Shown: positions 15,631 through 25,128, numbered from the stretch's first letter. The stretch is 64,000 bases of DNA from Betaproteobacteria bacterium (GCA_016713125.1 JADJPT010000007.1:29198-93197), one strand, 5' to 3'. The notes: a model not told the origin generated them from the letters alone. Numbers and translations are program-made.

Positions 15631-18600
15631 TTCACATACTCGTAGTCGACCGGCTGGTTGTTGATCCCGCGCTCCGGCGGGGCGATCCAGGCGGCCATCT
15701 TGCCGGGCTCGGCGACCTTCTGCATCAGGCTGCGCACGTGGGCGCGGTCGGCTTCCGAGGGCACCCATTCGTCCTTGCGCCGCGCGTATTCCTCCTGCGG
15801 GATCTGTTTGCCTTCGGGCGTGACCGGCAGCCCGGACCACACGCCGATGCTGCGGCGGAAATGGATCGAGGGCAGGGACAGCCGGAAATCGTGACCGGCC
15901 TTCTCGATGGCGCGGTTCCAGCGCTTCATGCCGATCGCGCAGTCCTGCAGGTACGACTCGCGCATCACCTCGTTGAGTGCGTTGAGCATCGGCACGTCCT
16001 GCACGCCTTCGGGCGTCTCCAGCTTCATCTGCTGTTCGCGCAGCACATGGTCGGCGTAGGTGGCCTCGTCGGGCCGGCCCTTGAGTCCGTTGGCGAAGTT
16101 GGCGGCCGAGTTCGAGGAGATCTCGGCGCCGAACAGGTCGAGCGACGAGGAACACCAGAAGTTGATGTACTTCTGCAGCAGGGGCAGGTCCACGCCGCCG
16201 GCGCGGCGGATGGCCGCCGTGTCGTCGGTGCCCAGCTCCTTCATGAGTTCCAGCGTGCGCTTGATCACGCGGCCGACGCCCGTCTCGCCGACGAACATGT
16301 GGTGGGCTTCCTCGGTCAGCATGAAGCGGCAGGTGCGCGACAGCGGATCGAACGAGGATTCGGCCAGGCTCTTCAGCTGGTACTTGCCGTCGCGGTCGGT
16401 GAAATAGGTGAAGCAGTACAGCGAAAGCCAGTCGGTGATCGGCTCGTTGAAGGTCGACAGGATGCGCGGCTTGTCGGTGTCGCCCGAATGGCGCGCCAGC
16501 AGCTCCTCGGCCTCCTCGCGCCCGTCGCGGCCGAAGTAGGCGTGCAGCAGGTAGACCATGGCCCACAGGTGGCGGCCTTCCTCGACGTTGATCTGGAACA
16601 GGTTGCGCAGGTCGTAGAGCGAGGGGCAGGTGTGGCCGAGCAGGCGCTGCTGCTCCACCGAGGCCGGCTCGGTGTCGCCCTGCGTGACGATCAGGCGGCG
16701 CAGGGTCGAGCGGTGCTCGCCCGGCACCTGCTGCCAGACCGGCTGGCCCATGACGTCGCCGAAGCCGATGCGGCGGTCCGGCTCGGGGTCGGCGAGGAAG
16801 ATGCCCCAGCGGTAGTCCGGCATCTTGACCGCGCCGTACTGCGCCCAGCCGTCGGCATCCACCGAGACCGCGGTGCGCAGGTAGACGTCGGCGCCCTGGA
16901 AGTCGGTGGGCCCCATGCCCTTCCACCAGTCGAGGAAGTGCGGCTGCCAGTGCTCGAGCGCGCGCTGCAGCGTGCGGTCGTTGGCCAGGTTGACGTTGTT
17001 GGGGATTTTTTCCGAGTAGTTGATCGACATGCCGCTCCGAGCGCGGTCGGGCCAATTGCCCCTGCTCGCCGCCGGGGGGCGCGTCCGCGCGCTCCCATTC
17101 GCCTTGCTTCCGGTTCCGTAGACTTTCAGCGCGCCCTGTTCGCCCACGGCGTTGGGGCGGTTGAACACCCAGTTCTGCCAGGCAGTGAGCCGGCCGAAGA
17201 TGCGCGTCTCCATGGTCTCGCGGCCGGCGAAGCGCAACGAGGCCTCCATGGCGGTCAGCGCGTCCGGCGAGAGGCTGGCGCGCTCCTCGATGGCGAGGCG
17301 GATCTCGTCGTTCCAGTCCAGGTCGTCAGGCGCGAAGGTCACCAGGCCGAGCTTCGCGGCGGCCTCGGCGTGCATTTCCTCGTCGAGGGTGGCGCGCGCC
17401 AGCTGCACGGGCTCGTCCTCGCCGCAGAAGCGCGTCTCCAGGCGCGTGCGCCCGTTGGCCATGGCGTAGGCGCCGAAGTTCAGCGTCGAGAGCGCGACCT
17501 TCGGCGCCTCGTCGACGTCGGGCAGGGCCAGCATGTAGCTGCGGTCGGCGGCCAGCGCCAGCTCGAACAGCGTGCCGGCGAAGCAGGAGCCCTCGTCGAT
17601 CAGCGCGATCATCGAGCGCGAGGCCACATCCATGCGCGAGAAGGTGCGGCGCAGGAAGCCCACGGTCTCGCGCACGAACCAGTGTTCGAGGTTCTGCTCG
17701 ATCGCGCGGTCCACCGCCAGCACGTCGCCGGGCACGCCGCGCGTCTGCAGCACCCAGGTGCCTATCTCGGCCTCGTTGGTGCGCAACAGCAGGATGGCGT
17801 CGTCCAGTTCGCGCGCCATGGCCAGCGGCCACCAGTGCGCGCCCTGCGCGAGCATGGCCGTGGCATCGGTGGGCTGCACGCCGTGCGGGCCGCTCACCGT
17901 GATGGTGGCGGTGCGGCCGTCGCGGTCCAGCGCCACCTGCACGTGCGGGTAGCTGTAGCCGTTCTCGTTGACGGTGCGCGTGAGCGGGGTGAGCGCCACG
18001 CCGGGGCCGCCCGGGCGGTCGGAGAGCCCGGCCAGTTCCAGCGCGCGCGCCTGCACCGATTCGGCGAAGGCCTGCGGTTTGGCGATGTGGTCGACCAGCT
18101 TCCATTCCCTGGCGCGGTCGGCGCGCACGCCCTCCGAGGTGGTGCAGAACACATCGGCCAGGTCGCGGCGCACGCGGCGCTTGTCGGTCAGGCGCGTGAG
18201 GCCGCCGGTGCCCGGCAGCACGCCCAGCAGCGGAACCTCCGGGAGGCTCACGGTGGTCGAGCGGTCGTCGACCATGGCGATCTCGTCGCAGGCCAGCGCC
18301 ATTTCGTAGCCGCCGCCGGCGGTCGCGCCGTTCAGCGCGGCGAGGAACTTGAGCCCGGAGTTGCGGCTGGAATCCTCGATGCCGTTGCGCGTCTCGTTGG
18401 TGAACTTGCAGAAGTTGACCTTCCAGGCGTGCGTGCTCTGGCCCAGCATGTAGATGTTGGCGCCCGAACAGAACATGCGCGACTTGCCCGAGGTCAGCAC
18501 CACGCTCTTCACTTCCGGATGCTCGAAGCGGATGCGGTTCAGCGCATCGTTGAGCTCGATGTCCACGCCCAGGTCGTACGAGTTGAGCTTGAGCTTGTAG

Positions 18601-18713
18601 GTGGGGAACAGGCCCTTGTCCTCCTGGATGTCCAGGGTCAGCGTGGCCACCGGGCCGTCGCAGGAGAGCTTCCAGTGGTTGTAATGCGCGGGCTGGGTGT
18701 CGAAGGTGATCAT
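15621..18713 (-). CDS. boxC-boxB: single continuous ORF: BoxC (2,3-epoxybenzoyl-CoA dihydrolase / benzoyl-CoA-dihydrodiol lyase, ~18713-17100) joined in frame to BoxB (benzoyl-CoA 2,3-epoxidase oxygenase subunit, 17030-15621)
   Basis: ATG at 18711-18713 (MITFDTQPAHYNHWKL...). BoxC-type sequence runs to ...ALKVYGTGSKA, followed by a 23-codon linker and then MSINYSEKIPNNVNL... (BoxB-type di-iron protein, 469 aa, with its own GGAG upstream). No stop codon separates them. The ORF track shows one ORF, 15621..18944. Confidence 0.75.
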   Translation of the reverse strand: MITFDTQPAHYNHWKLSCDGPVATLTLDIQEDKGLFPTYKLKLNSYDLGVDIELNDALNRIRFEHPEVKSVVLTSGKSRMFCSGANIYMLGQSTHAWKVNFCKFTNETRNGIEDSSRNSGLKFLAALNGATAGGGYEMALACDEIAMVDDRSTTVSLPEVPLLGVLPGTGGLTRLTDKRRVRRDLADVFCTTSEGVRADRAREWKLVDHIAKPQAFAESVQARALELAGLSDRPGGPGVALTPLTRTVNENGYSYPHVQVALDRDGRTATITVSGPHGVQPTDATAMLAQGAHWWPLAMARELDDAILLLRTNEAEIGTWVLQTRGVPGDVLAVDRAIEQNLEHWFVRETVGFLRRTFSRMDVASRSMIALIDEGSCFAGTLFELALAADRSYMLALPDVDEAPKVALSTLNFGAYAMANGRTRLETRFCGEDEPVQLARATLDEEMHAEAAAKLGLVTFAPDDLDWNDEIRLAIEERASLSPDALTAMEASLRFAGRETMETRIFGRLTAWQNWVFNRPNAVGEQGALKVYGTGSKANGSARTRPPAASRGNWPDRARSGMSINYSEKIPNNVNLANDRTLQRALEHWQPHFLDWWKGMGPTDFQGADVYLRTAVSVDADGWAQYGAVKMPDYRWGIFLADPEPDRRIGFGDVMGQPVWQQVPGEHRSTLRRLIVTQGDTEPASVEQQRLLGHTCPSLYDLRNLFQINVEEGRHLWAMVYLLHAYFGRDGREEAEELLARHSGDTDKPRILSTFNEPITDWLSLYCFTYFTDRDGKYQLKSLAESSFDPLSRTCRFMLTEEAHHMFVGETGVGRVIKRTLELMKELGTDDTAAIRRAGGVDLPLLQKYINFWCSSSLDLFGAEISSNSAANFANGLKGRPDEATYADHVLREQQMKLETPEGVQDVPMLNALNEVMRESYLQDCAIGMKRWNRAIEKAGHDFRLSLPSIHFRRSIGVWSGLPVTPEGKQIPQEEYARRKDEWVPSEADRAHVRSLMQKVAEPGKMAAWIAPPERGINNQPVDYEYVKLQ

Positions 18714-19603
18714 GCGGTTTCCCTGTTGCGCGCCGGCTGCACGCAGGCGCGCAGTTCGGCGAGGCTGTGGCGGATGCTGCGGCCCGCGGTGTCGACGCTG
18801 GCGTCGGCGCGGGCGTACAGCGGGGTGCGTTCGACCAGCAACTGGCGCAGGTCGTCCATGGCGGCGGCGTGGCCCTGGATGGGGCGCATGTCGCCCTGCG
18901 CCACCACGCGTGCCATGTGTTCTTCGGGCGCGGCGCGCAGCCACACTGTGTGGCAGGAGGAGAGCAGCCGCTCGTAGGTCTCGGGCGCCGACACCAGGCT
19001 GCCGCCGGTGGCGATCACCGCGGCGGGTTGCTCGGCCAGCACGCGTTCGAGCGCGCGGCGTTCGTAGCGGCGAAAGCCGTCCTGGCCGTACAGGCCGAAC
19101 AGTTCGGCCAGCGTGGCGCCGGCTTCGCGCTCGACCTCGCGGTCCAGTTCGATGAAGGGCACGGCAAGTTCCGCGGCGAGCAGGGCGCCCAGCGTGGACT
19201 TGCCCGCGCCGCGCAGGCCGACCAGCGCGATGTGCGCATGGCGGGCGCGGAAATGCTCGAGCAGCACGCGCTGCGCGCCCTCCAGCTGGGCGGGCGAGAG
19301 CCCGGTCAGCAGGCGCTGCACGGCGGCGGCCTCGGCCGGCGCACCCGAGGCTTCGCTGACCAGGGCTTCGAGCGGCATGCGCATGGCCTGCGCGAGCTGG
19401 CGCAGCAGCAGGATGGACATGTTGCCCTGGCCGGCTTCGAGCTGGGCCAGGTAACGTTCCGAAACACCGGAGGTCTGCGCCAGCACCTTGCGCGTCACGT
19501 GCTGGCGTTCGCGCCAGCTGCGCACGCGCTCGCCCAGGCGCAGCAGGAAGGCCTCGTCTTCGAGGTCGCTGTCCGAGGCGGCGTAGGCGGTGCTGGGATT
19601 CAT
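18710..19603 (-). CDS. boxR: BoxR/BzdR-type regulator (XRE HTH fused to a shikimate-kinase-like domain)
   Basis: ATG at 19603 (MNPSTAYAAS...). HTH RKVLAQTSGVSERYLAQLEAGQGN and P-loop GLRGAGKST. The stop overlaps the boxC start (ATGA). Confidence 0.8.
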   Translation of the reverse strand: MNPSTAYAASDSDLEDEAFLLRLGERVRSWRERQHVTRKVLAQTSGVSERYLAQLEAGQGNMSILLLRQLAQAMRMPLEALVSEASGAPAEAAAVQRLLTGLSPAQLEGAQRVLLEHFRARHAHIALVGLRGAGKSTLGALLAAELAVPFIELDREVEREAGATLAELFGLYGQDGFRRYERRALERVLAEQPAAVIATGGSLVSAPETYERLLSSCHTVWLRAAPEEHMARVVAQGDMRPIQGHAAAMDDLRQLLVERTPLYARADASVDTAGRSIRHSLAELRACVQPARNRETA

Positions 19604-19627
19604 CGGCTTGGTGCTCGTGAATGTCGT

Positions 19628-19670
19628 ATGCAATATAATGCTTGCATCGATGATCTGTTGCAATATAATG
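19628..19670. promoter_or_regulatory. box divergent promoter/operator: TGCA-containing repeats and two TATAAT boxes
   Basis: Inverted repeat ATGCAA-N8-TTGCAT (19628-19647). The 12-nt direct repeat TGCAATATAATG occurs at 19629-19640 and 19659-19670. TTGCAT-16 nt-TATAAT forms a sigma70-like promoter facing the flavodoxin/bclA operon. Confidence 0.6.
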
Positions 19671-19728
19671 TAAGTCAAGAATTGCCCCACATCAACGACG
19701 CCGCCAACTTCCGACGCAGCCACGCCCG

Positions 19729-20217
19729 ATGAGCGACAAACTCAAACTCACCATCCTGGTCGGCACCATGACCGGCACCGCGCAACTCGTGGCCCAGGAA
19801 CTGGAGCTGGCCTGGGACGGCGAGGAGGCCGAGGTGCAGACCCTGCTGATGGACGGCCTCGACGCGAGCGTGTTCCGTCGCCCCGGCCTGTTCCTGCTGT
19901 GCACCTCGACCTACGGGCAGGGCGACGTCCCGGACAACGCACGCAAGCTCTACGAGGATCTGGCCGCGGCGCGGCCCGACCTCTCCGGGGTGCGCTACGG
20001 CGTGTTCGGCCTGGGCGACCGCACCTATGCCGAGACCTTCAATTTCGGCGGCAGGAAGTTCGACGAGCTGCTGCTCGCGCTGGGCGCGCGGCGCATCGGC
20101 GAGCGTGTGCAGCACGACGCCTCATCGGGCGTGCTGCCCGAGGAACGGGCAGAGGAGTGGGCGCCGGGCTGGCTGACCGAGGCGCGCGCCGCGGCGCAGG
20201 CGCCGGCCGCGGCCTAG
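19729..20217 (+). CDS. flavodoxin-domain protein (MioC-like)
   Basis: 162 aa. FMN-loop LVGTMTGTAQ and TSTYGQGDVPDN...GLGDRTY. Confidence 0.75.
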   Translation: MSDKLKLTILVGTMTGTAQLVAQELELAWDGEEAEVQTLLMDGLDASVFRRPGLFLLCTSTYGQGDVPDNARKLYEDLAAARPDLSGVRYGVFGLGDRTYAETFNFGGRKFDELLLALGARRIGERVQHDASSGVLPEERAEEWAPGWLTEARAAAQAPAAA

Positions 20218-20266
20218 CCGCAGCCTGCCGCAGGCCAGATAATAATAAGCAGAAGGAGGAGAGGGC

Positions 20267-21835
20267 ATGGCTCATACGCAAGCCGATCATTCGGTATCCC
20301 CGCCGCGCGTGCCGATCCCGCGCGATTACAACGCCGCGGTCGACCTGATCGAACGCAACCTGGCGGCCGGGCGCGGCGACAAGCCCGCCTTCATCGACGA
20401 CGCGGGCACGCTCACCTATGCCGAACTCGCGCAGCGCGTCGACCGCTGCGGCAGCGCGCTGCGCGGCCTCGGTCTGGCGCAGGAAGACCGCGTCATGCTG
20501 GCCATGCTCGACACCTGCGACTGGCCGGTGGCCTTTCTCGGGGCGATCAAGGCCGGCATCGTGCCGATCGCCGCCAACACCCTGCTGACCACGCGCGACT
20601 ACGCGTTCATGCTGGCCGACAGCCGCGCCAAGGCGCTGATCGTCTCCGAGGCCCTGCTGCCGGCCTTCGCCCCGCTGCTCGACACGCTGCCGTTCCTCAG
20701 GCACGTGATCGTGGCCGGCAAGGACACGCAGGGGCACCTGGGGTTCGCCGCACTGCTCGCGCAGGGCAGGCCGGCACTGGAGGCCGCGCCCACCACCGCT
20801 GACGACGCCTGCTTCTGGCTGTATTCCTCGGGTTCCACCGGCACGCCCAAGGGCACCGTGCACGTGCACTCCAGCCTGATCCTCACCGCCGAACTCTATG
20901 CGCGGCCCATCCTCGGCATCCGCGAGGACGACGTGGTGTACTCGGCGGCCAAGCTGTTCTTCGCCTACGGGCTGGGCAACGGCCTGACCTTCCCGATGGC
21001 GGTGGGCGCCACCGCCGTGCTGATGGCCGAGCGGCCCACGCCGGCTGCGGTGTTCAAGCGCCTGCTCGAACGCCGTCCGAGCATCTTCTACGGCGTGCCC
21101 ACGCTGTACGCGGCGCTGCTCGCCAGTCCCGAGTTCCCGGCGCGCGGCCGGCTCGCGCTGCGCGTCTGCGCCTCGGCCGGCGAAGCGCTGCCGGCCGACC
21201 TGGGCCGGCGCTGGACCGAGCGCACCGGCACCGAGATCCTCGACGGCATCGGCTCGACCGAGATGCTGCACATCTTCCTGTCGAACTCGCCCGGCCAGGT
21301 GCGCTACGGCTCGACCGGGCGCGCGGTGCCCGGCTATCGCCTCAAGGTGCTCGACGAGCAGGGCGTGCCGGTGAAGCCCGGCGAGGTCGGCGACCTGTAC
21401 ATCGCCGGGCCCACGGCGGCCAACGGCTACTGGAACCAGCGCGAGAAATCGCGCCTCACCTTCCAGGGCGAATGGACCAAGAGCGGCGACAAGTACGTGT
21501 TCGACGAGCAGGGCGTGTACACCTACGCCGGGCGCTCCGACGACATGCTCAAGGTCTCGGGCATCTACGTTTCGCCCTTCGAGGTCGAGGGCGCGCTGCA
21601 GACCCACCCGGCGGTGCTCGAGTGCGCGGTGGTCGGCCACCCCGACGCCGACGAACTGGTCAAGCCCAAGGCCTTCGTGGTGCTCAAGCCCGGCGCCGCA
21701 GTGGGCGAGGACGAGCTCAAGGCGCACGTCAAGTCGGTGCTGGCGCCCTACAAGTACCCGCGCTGGCTGGAGTTCGTGACCGAGTTGCCGAAAACCGCCA
21801 CCGGCAAGATCCAGCGCTTCAAGCTGCGCGGCTGA
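20267..21835 (+). CDS. bclA: benzoate-CoA ligase
   Basis: 522 aa. [26 protein letters not shown]... N-terminus, [11 protein letters not shown], and C-terminal [14 protein letters not shown]. It lies in the box cluster. Confidence 0.8.
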   Translation: MAHTQADHSVSPPRVPIPRDYNAAVDLIERNLAAGRGDKPAFIDDAGTLTYAELAQRVDRCGSALRGLGLAQEDRVMLAMLDTCDWPVAFLGAIKAGIVPIAANTLLTTRDYAFMLADSRAKALIVSEALLPAFAPLLDTLPFLRHVIVAGKDTQGHLGFAALLAQGRPALEAAPTTADDACFWLYSSGSTGTPKGTVHVHSSLILTAELYARPILGIREDDVVYSAAKLFFAYGLGNGLTFPMAVGATAVLMAERPTPAAVFKRLLERRPSIFYGVPTLYAALLASPEFPARGRLALRVCASAGEALPADLGRRWTERTGTEILDGIGSTEMLHIFLSNSPGQVRYGSTGRAVPGYRLKVLDEQGVPVKPGEVGDLYIAGPTAANGYWNQREKSRLTFQGEWTKSGDKYVFDEQGVYTYAGRSDDMLKVSGIYVSPFEVEGALQTHPAVLECAVVGHPDADELVKPKAFVVLKPGAAVGEDELKAHVKSVLAPYKYPRWLEFVTELPKTATGKIQRFKLRG

Positions 21836-21851
21836 GCGCGGGGGCGCGGCG

Positions 21852-22595
21852 GTGACCGTCGACAGCGTGCGCGGCTGGGTCGCCGCGGCCCGCCGCGTGG
21901 TGGTGCTCACCGGGGCCGGCATCTCGACCGAATCGGGGATTCCGGATTTCCGCGGGCCCGACGGCGTGTGGACGCGCGACCCCGAGGCCGAGAAGCTCTC
22001 CGACATCCGCCATTACCTGGGCGACCCGGCGGTGCGCCGCCGCGCCTGGCAGAAGCGACTCACCGCCCCGGCCTGGCAGGCGCGGCCGAATGCCGGGCAT
22101 GCGGCCCTGGTTGAACTGGAGCGGCGCGGCGCGCTGCATGCGCTGATCACGCAGAACATCGACGGCCTGCACCAGAAGGCCGGCAGTTCGCCCGACAAGG
22201 TGATCGAGGTGCACGGCACCATGCACGAGGTGGTGTGCCGCGGCTGCGCGCGGCGCGGCCCCATGCTGCCGGTGCTCGAGCGCGTGCGCGCCGGCGAGGA
22301 GGACCCGGCCTGCGCGCACTGCGGCGGCATCCTGAAGAGCGCCACCATCCTGTTCGGCGAAGGCCTGGAGCCCGGCGTGATGGAGCGCGCGCTGCGGGCG
22401 GCCGAGGCGGCCGACCTGCTGCTCGCGGTCGGCAGCAGCCTGCAGGTGTATCCGGTGGCCGGCGCGGTGCCTGCGGCCAAGCGGGCCGGCGCGCGCCTGG
22501 TGATCGTCAACGCCGAACCGACGCCCTTCGACGACCTCGCCAACGCCGTGCTGCGCGGTTCCATCGGCGAGATCCTGCCGCGGCTGGTGGCCTGA
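21852..22595 (+). CDS. NAD-dependent protein deacylase, Sir2 family
   Basis: 247 aa. [22 protein letters not shown], and zinc cysteines CRGC...CAHCGG. Confidence 0.85.
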   Translation: MTVDSVRGWVAAARRVVVLTGAGISTESGIPDFRGPDGVWTRDPEAEKLSDIRHYLGDPAVRRRAWQKRLTAPAWQARPNAGHAALVELERRGALHALITQNIDGLHQKAGSSPDKVIEVHGTMHEVVCRGCARRGPMLPVLERVRAGEEDPACAHCGGILKSATILFGEGLEPGVMERALRAAEAADLLLAVGSSLQVYPVAGAVPAAKRAGARLVIVNAEPTPFDDLANAVLRGSIGEILPRLVA

Positions 22596-22678
22596 GTCCG
22601 GGCCTGGCGCGCGCGGGGCATACCCCGGGCGCACAGGGTAAAATCGGCGCTTCGAACGATGCGCACAGGAAAATCACC

Positions 22679-23068
22679 GTGAGCAGTCTGGCAAGAGCCC
22701 GCCCGGACGAACCGGGCATCGATCCCTCCGAACTCTATCGCGAGGACGTCTACACCGATCGCAAGGTCGGCACCATCCGCAGGCTGACTCCGGTCCAGGC
22801 CGACGCCAGCGACGACACCACGCGCGAAATCGTCTACGTGGGCGAGACCCAGGTGATGACCAACATGGGCGCGCTGCCCATCGTGTTCGAGATCCCCGCC
22901 AAGGACCTCAAGGAGGCCGCCGAGCAGTTCGGCCCGCTCGCCAAGCAGACCATCGAGCGCACCATGCGCGAGCTGCAGGAACTGCGCCGCGAGCAGGCCT
23001 CGTCGCTGGTGATCCCCAAGGGCGGCATGCCGCCCCTGCCGGGCGGCGGCAAGATCCAGATGCCCTGA
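22679..23068 (+). CDS. conserved hypothetical cytoplasmic protein
   Basis: GTG at 22679 after AGGAAA. 129 aa (…YREDVYTDRKVGTIRRLTPV…GALPIVFEIPAKDL…). Good GC3 bias. Only the 3' part of ORF 22235..23068 looks coding. Confidence 0.5.
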   Translation: MSSLARARPDEPGIDPSELYREDVYTDRKVGTIRRLTPVQADASDDTTREIVYVGETQVMTNMGALPIVFEIPAKDLKEAAEQFGPLAKQTIERTMRELQELRREQASSLVIPKGGMPPLPGGGKIQMP

Positions 23069-23091
23069 ACGCCCGGCGCACGGGTGTCGCG

Positions 23092-23407
23092 ATGCTGGGC
23101 GGCTTGTTCAAATCCGGACGTATCGACGCCTTCGCGCATGCGCTGGCCGATGAACTCGCGCCGCGCCTGTCGGCCGCGGCCGGCGGCGCGCGCGCCTCGC
23201 GCGACGGGGTGAAGCAGATGGAACGTTTGTTCGCCGAGGCCGAGTCGCGCGCCATCGCCTTCTCGCGCGAGCTGCGCCTGGGCGTTTACGGCAAGGCGCG
23301 GCTGTGCACTCGCTGCGCTGGCGGCTCACCGAACAGGCGCCGACGCGACCCTGCTGGCCACCGCGATGGAGCGCATCGTCGCCGCCGTGTCGCGGGACCG
23401 GGGCTGA
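23092..23407 (+). pseudogene. ~105-aa hypothetical protein, frame broken twice as sequenced
   Basis: MLGGLFKSGRIDAFAHALADEL...GKARLC (frame 1), SLRWRLTEQ (frame 2), GADATLLATAMERIVAAVSRDRG-TGA (frame 3). The breaks are at ~23308 and ~23337. Confidence 0.45.
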
Positions 23408-23409
23408 GC

Positions 23410-25095
23410 ATGACGCTCAGACGCTGGCTGGGCAGGCTGCAGGGTCGGCTCGAGGCGCGCGCGCGCGTGCTCGCGACCGGCGAGGCGCCGCCGGCCGCCG
23501 CGGCCGAAGCCGAGGCCGGATCGGTTTCCGAAACCATCGTCGCCGCACGGCGCGCGCTGGCCGCCGCTCCGAACGACCCGGGACTGGCGCTCGCGCTGGT
23601 GCAGGCCCTGGCCGGGGCCGGACGCCCCGCGGAGGCGGCGCTGGCCGCGCGCGAGGGCGCCGAGGTGGCGCGGCGCATGGGCGCACATGAAATCGAACTC
23701 GAGTGCTGTGCCCTGTGGCTGGCGCAGGACCCGCAGTCGGCCGACGCGCGCATCGCGCGCGCGCATGCGCTGGCGGCGGCCGGGCGCGCGGCCGAAGCCG
23801 CCGCCGAATACGAGGCGGTGCTGTCCGCGCACGGCCCGCAACTCGCCGTGCTGCTGCGCCTGGGCGCGGTCTACCACGACATGGTGCGGCCGCAGGACGC
23901 GCACCGCACCTACCTGCAGGCGGTGCAACTCGAACCGGACAACGTCGACGCGCTGTGCGTGGCCGGCATGAGCGCCCGCGACCTGGGCGAGACCGTGCAG
24001 GCTGAAGTGTTCCTCGCCCGCGCGCAGGCCGCCGCGCCGGACTCGGCGCACGCCACCTTCAACCTCGGCCTGGTGCGCCTGGACCAGGGGCGCATCGCCG
24101 AGGCCTCCGAGGCGTTTCGCGGCGCGCGCGCGCTGAACCGCGGCGCACCCTGGCGCGAGGCGGAACTCGCCGCGCACCTGGCCGCGGGCACCTGCGACCC
24201 CAACGACCGCGACTGGGGCGCCTCGCGCTTCAAGCTTGCGCACGACATCCAGCAGCTCGAATACCTGCGCGCGGCGGGCAGGCTCGGCCCGGCCTTCGAT
24301 CCGGTCCTGGTCGAGTACCGCTACGCGCTGACCGATCGCCGGCTGCCCGAAGATCCGTACACCATGGTCGGGCTGGACCCGCGCCGCTATCCGCTGCTGG
24401 CGGCCACCTACAAGCGGCCGCTGTACGCGCCGGACCCCGAGCCGCCGCAGGGCCCGTTGGTGAATCCGGACCTGCCCTGGGCCGAGCTCGAGCAGCTCTA
24501 CCTCGACGCGAAACCGAACATGGTGTGGATCGACGGGCTGCTGACCCCGGCGGCGCTGGCGGCGGTGCGCGCCTACTGCATGGAAAGCACGATCTGGAAC
24601 GACCTCAAGGGCGGCTACCTGGGCGCCTACATGCACGACGGCTTCGCCGGCCGCCTGCTGCTGGGCATATCGGCCGAGCTGCGCGCGCGCATGCCGCGCG
24701 TGATCCGCGAGCGGCCGCTGCAGACCATGTGGGGCTACAAGTACGATTCGCGCTACTCGGGCACCGGTGTGCATGCCGACGTGGCCGCGGTGAACGTGAA
24801 CTTCTGGGTCACGCCGGACGAGGCCAACCTCGACCCGGACAGCGGCGGGCTGATCGTGCACGCGCACGAGGCGCCGCGCGACTGGGGCTTCCAGCGCTTC
24901 AACATGGAGCACGAGGAGATCTACAAGTACCTGGATTCGGTCGGCAGCCGCGCGGTGAAGATCCCCTACCGCGCCAACCGCGCGGTGATCTTCGATTCCG
25001 ACCTGTTCCACGAGACCGATGCGTTCCGCTTCCGCGACGGCTACGCGGACCGGCGCATCAACGTCACCATGCTGTACGGCACGCGCGAGGGCTGA
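23410..25095 (+). CDS. TPR-repeat protein with a C-terminal 2OG-Fe(II)-oxygenase-like domain
   Basis: ATG at 23410 (MTLRRWLGRLQG...). Ala-rich TPR region. The C-terminus has an HxD (GVHADV) and a distal His (LFHETD) in a double-stranded beta-helix context. Confidence 0.6.
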   Translation: MTLRRWLGRLQGRLEARARVLATGEAPPAAAAEAEAGSVSETIVAARRALAAAPNDPGLALALVQALAGAGRPAEAALAAREGAEVARRMGAHEIELECCALWLAQDPQSADARIARAHALAAAGRAAEAAAEYEAVLSAHGPQLAVLLRLGAVYHDMVRPQDAHRTYLQAVQLEPDNVDALCVAGMSARDLGETVQAEVFLARAQAAAPDSAHATFNLGLVRLDQGRIAEASEAFRGARALNRGAPWREAELAAHLAAGTCDPNDRDWGASRFKLAHDIQQLEYLRAAGRLGPAFDPVLVEYRYALTDRRLPEDPYTMVGLDPRRYPLLAATYKRPLYAPDPEPPQGPLVNPDLPWAELEQLYLDAKPNMVWIDGLLTPAALAAVRAYCMESTIWNDLKGGYLGAYMHDGFAGRLLLGISAELRARMPRVIRERPLQTMWGYKYDSRYSGTGVHADVAAVNVNFWVTPDEANLDPDSGGLIVHAHEAPRDWGFQRFNMEHEEIYKYLDSVGSRAVKIPYRANRAVIFDSDLFHETDAFRFRDGYADRRINVTMLYGTREG

Positions 25096-25128
25096 GGCCG
25101 CGGGCCGGCCCGATTCGGGCAGCCTGGG

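Noticed and set aside
15624-18977. 1117-aa ORF antisense to boxC-boxB. Similar very long ORFs occur elsewhere: 8099..11086 (-), 34108..37017 (+), 1076..2821 (+), 43346..45208 (+), 47128..49014 (+).
   Set aside because: The translations are Arg/Ala/Gly/His-rich low-complexity strings with no family resemblance. They mirror well-supported genes on the opposite strand. Stop-poor antisense frames are expected at ~70% GC.
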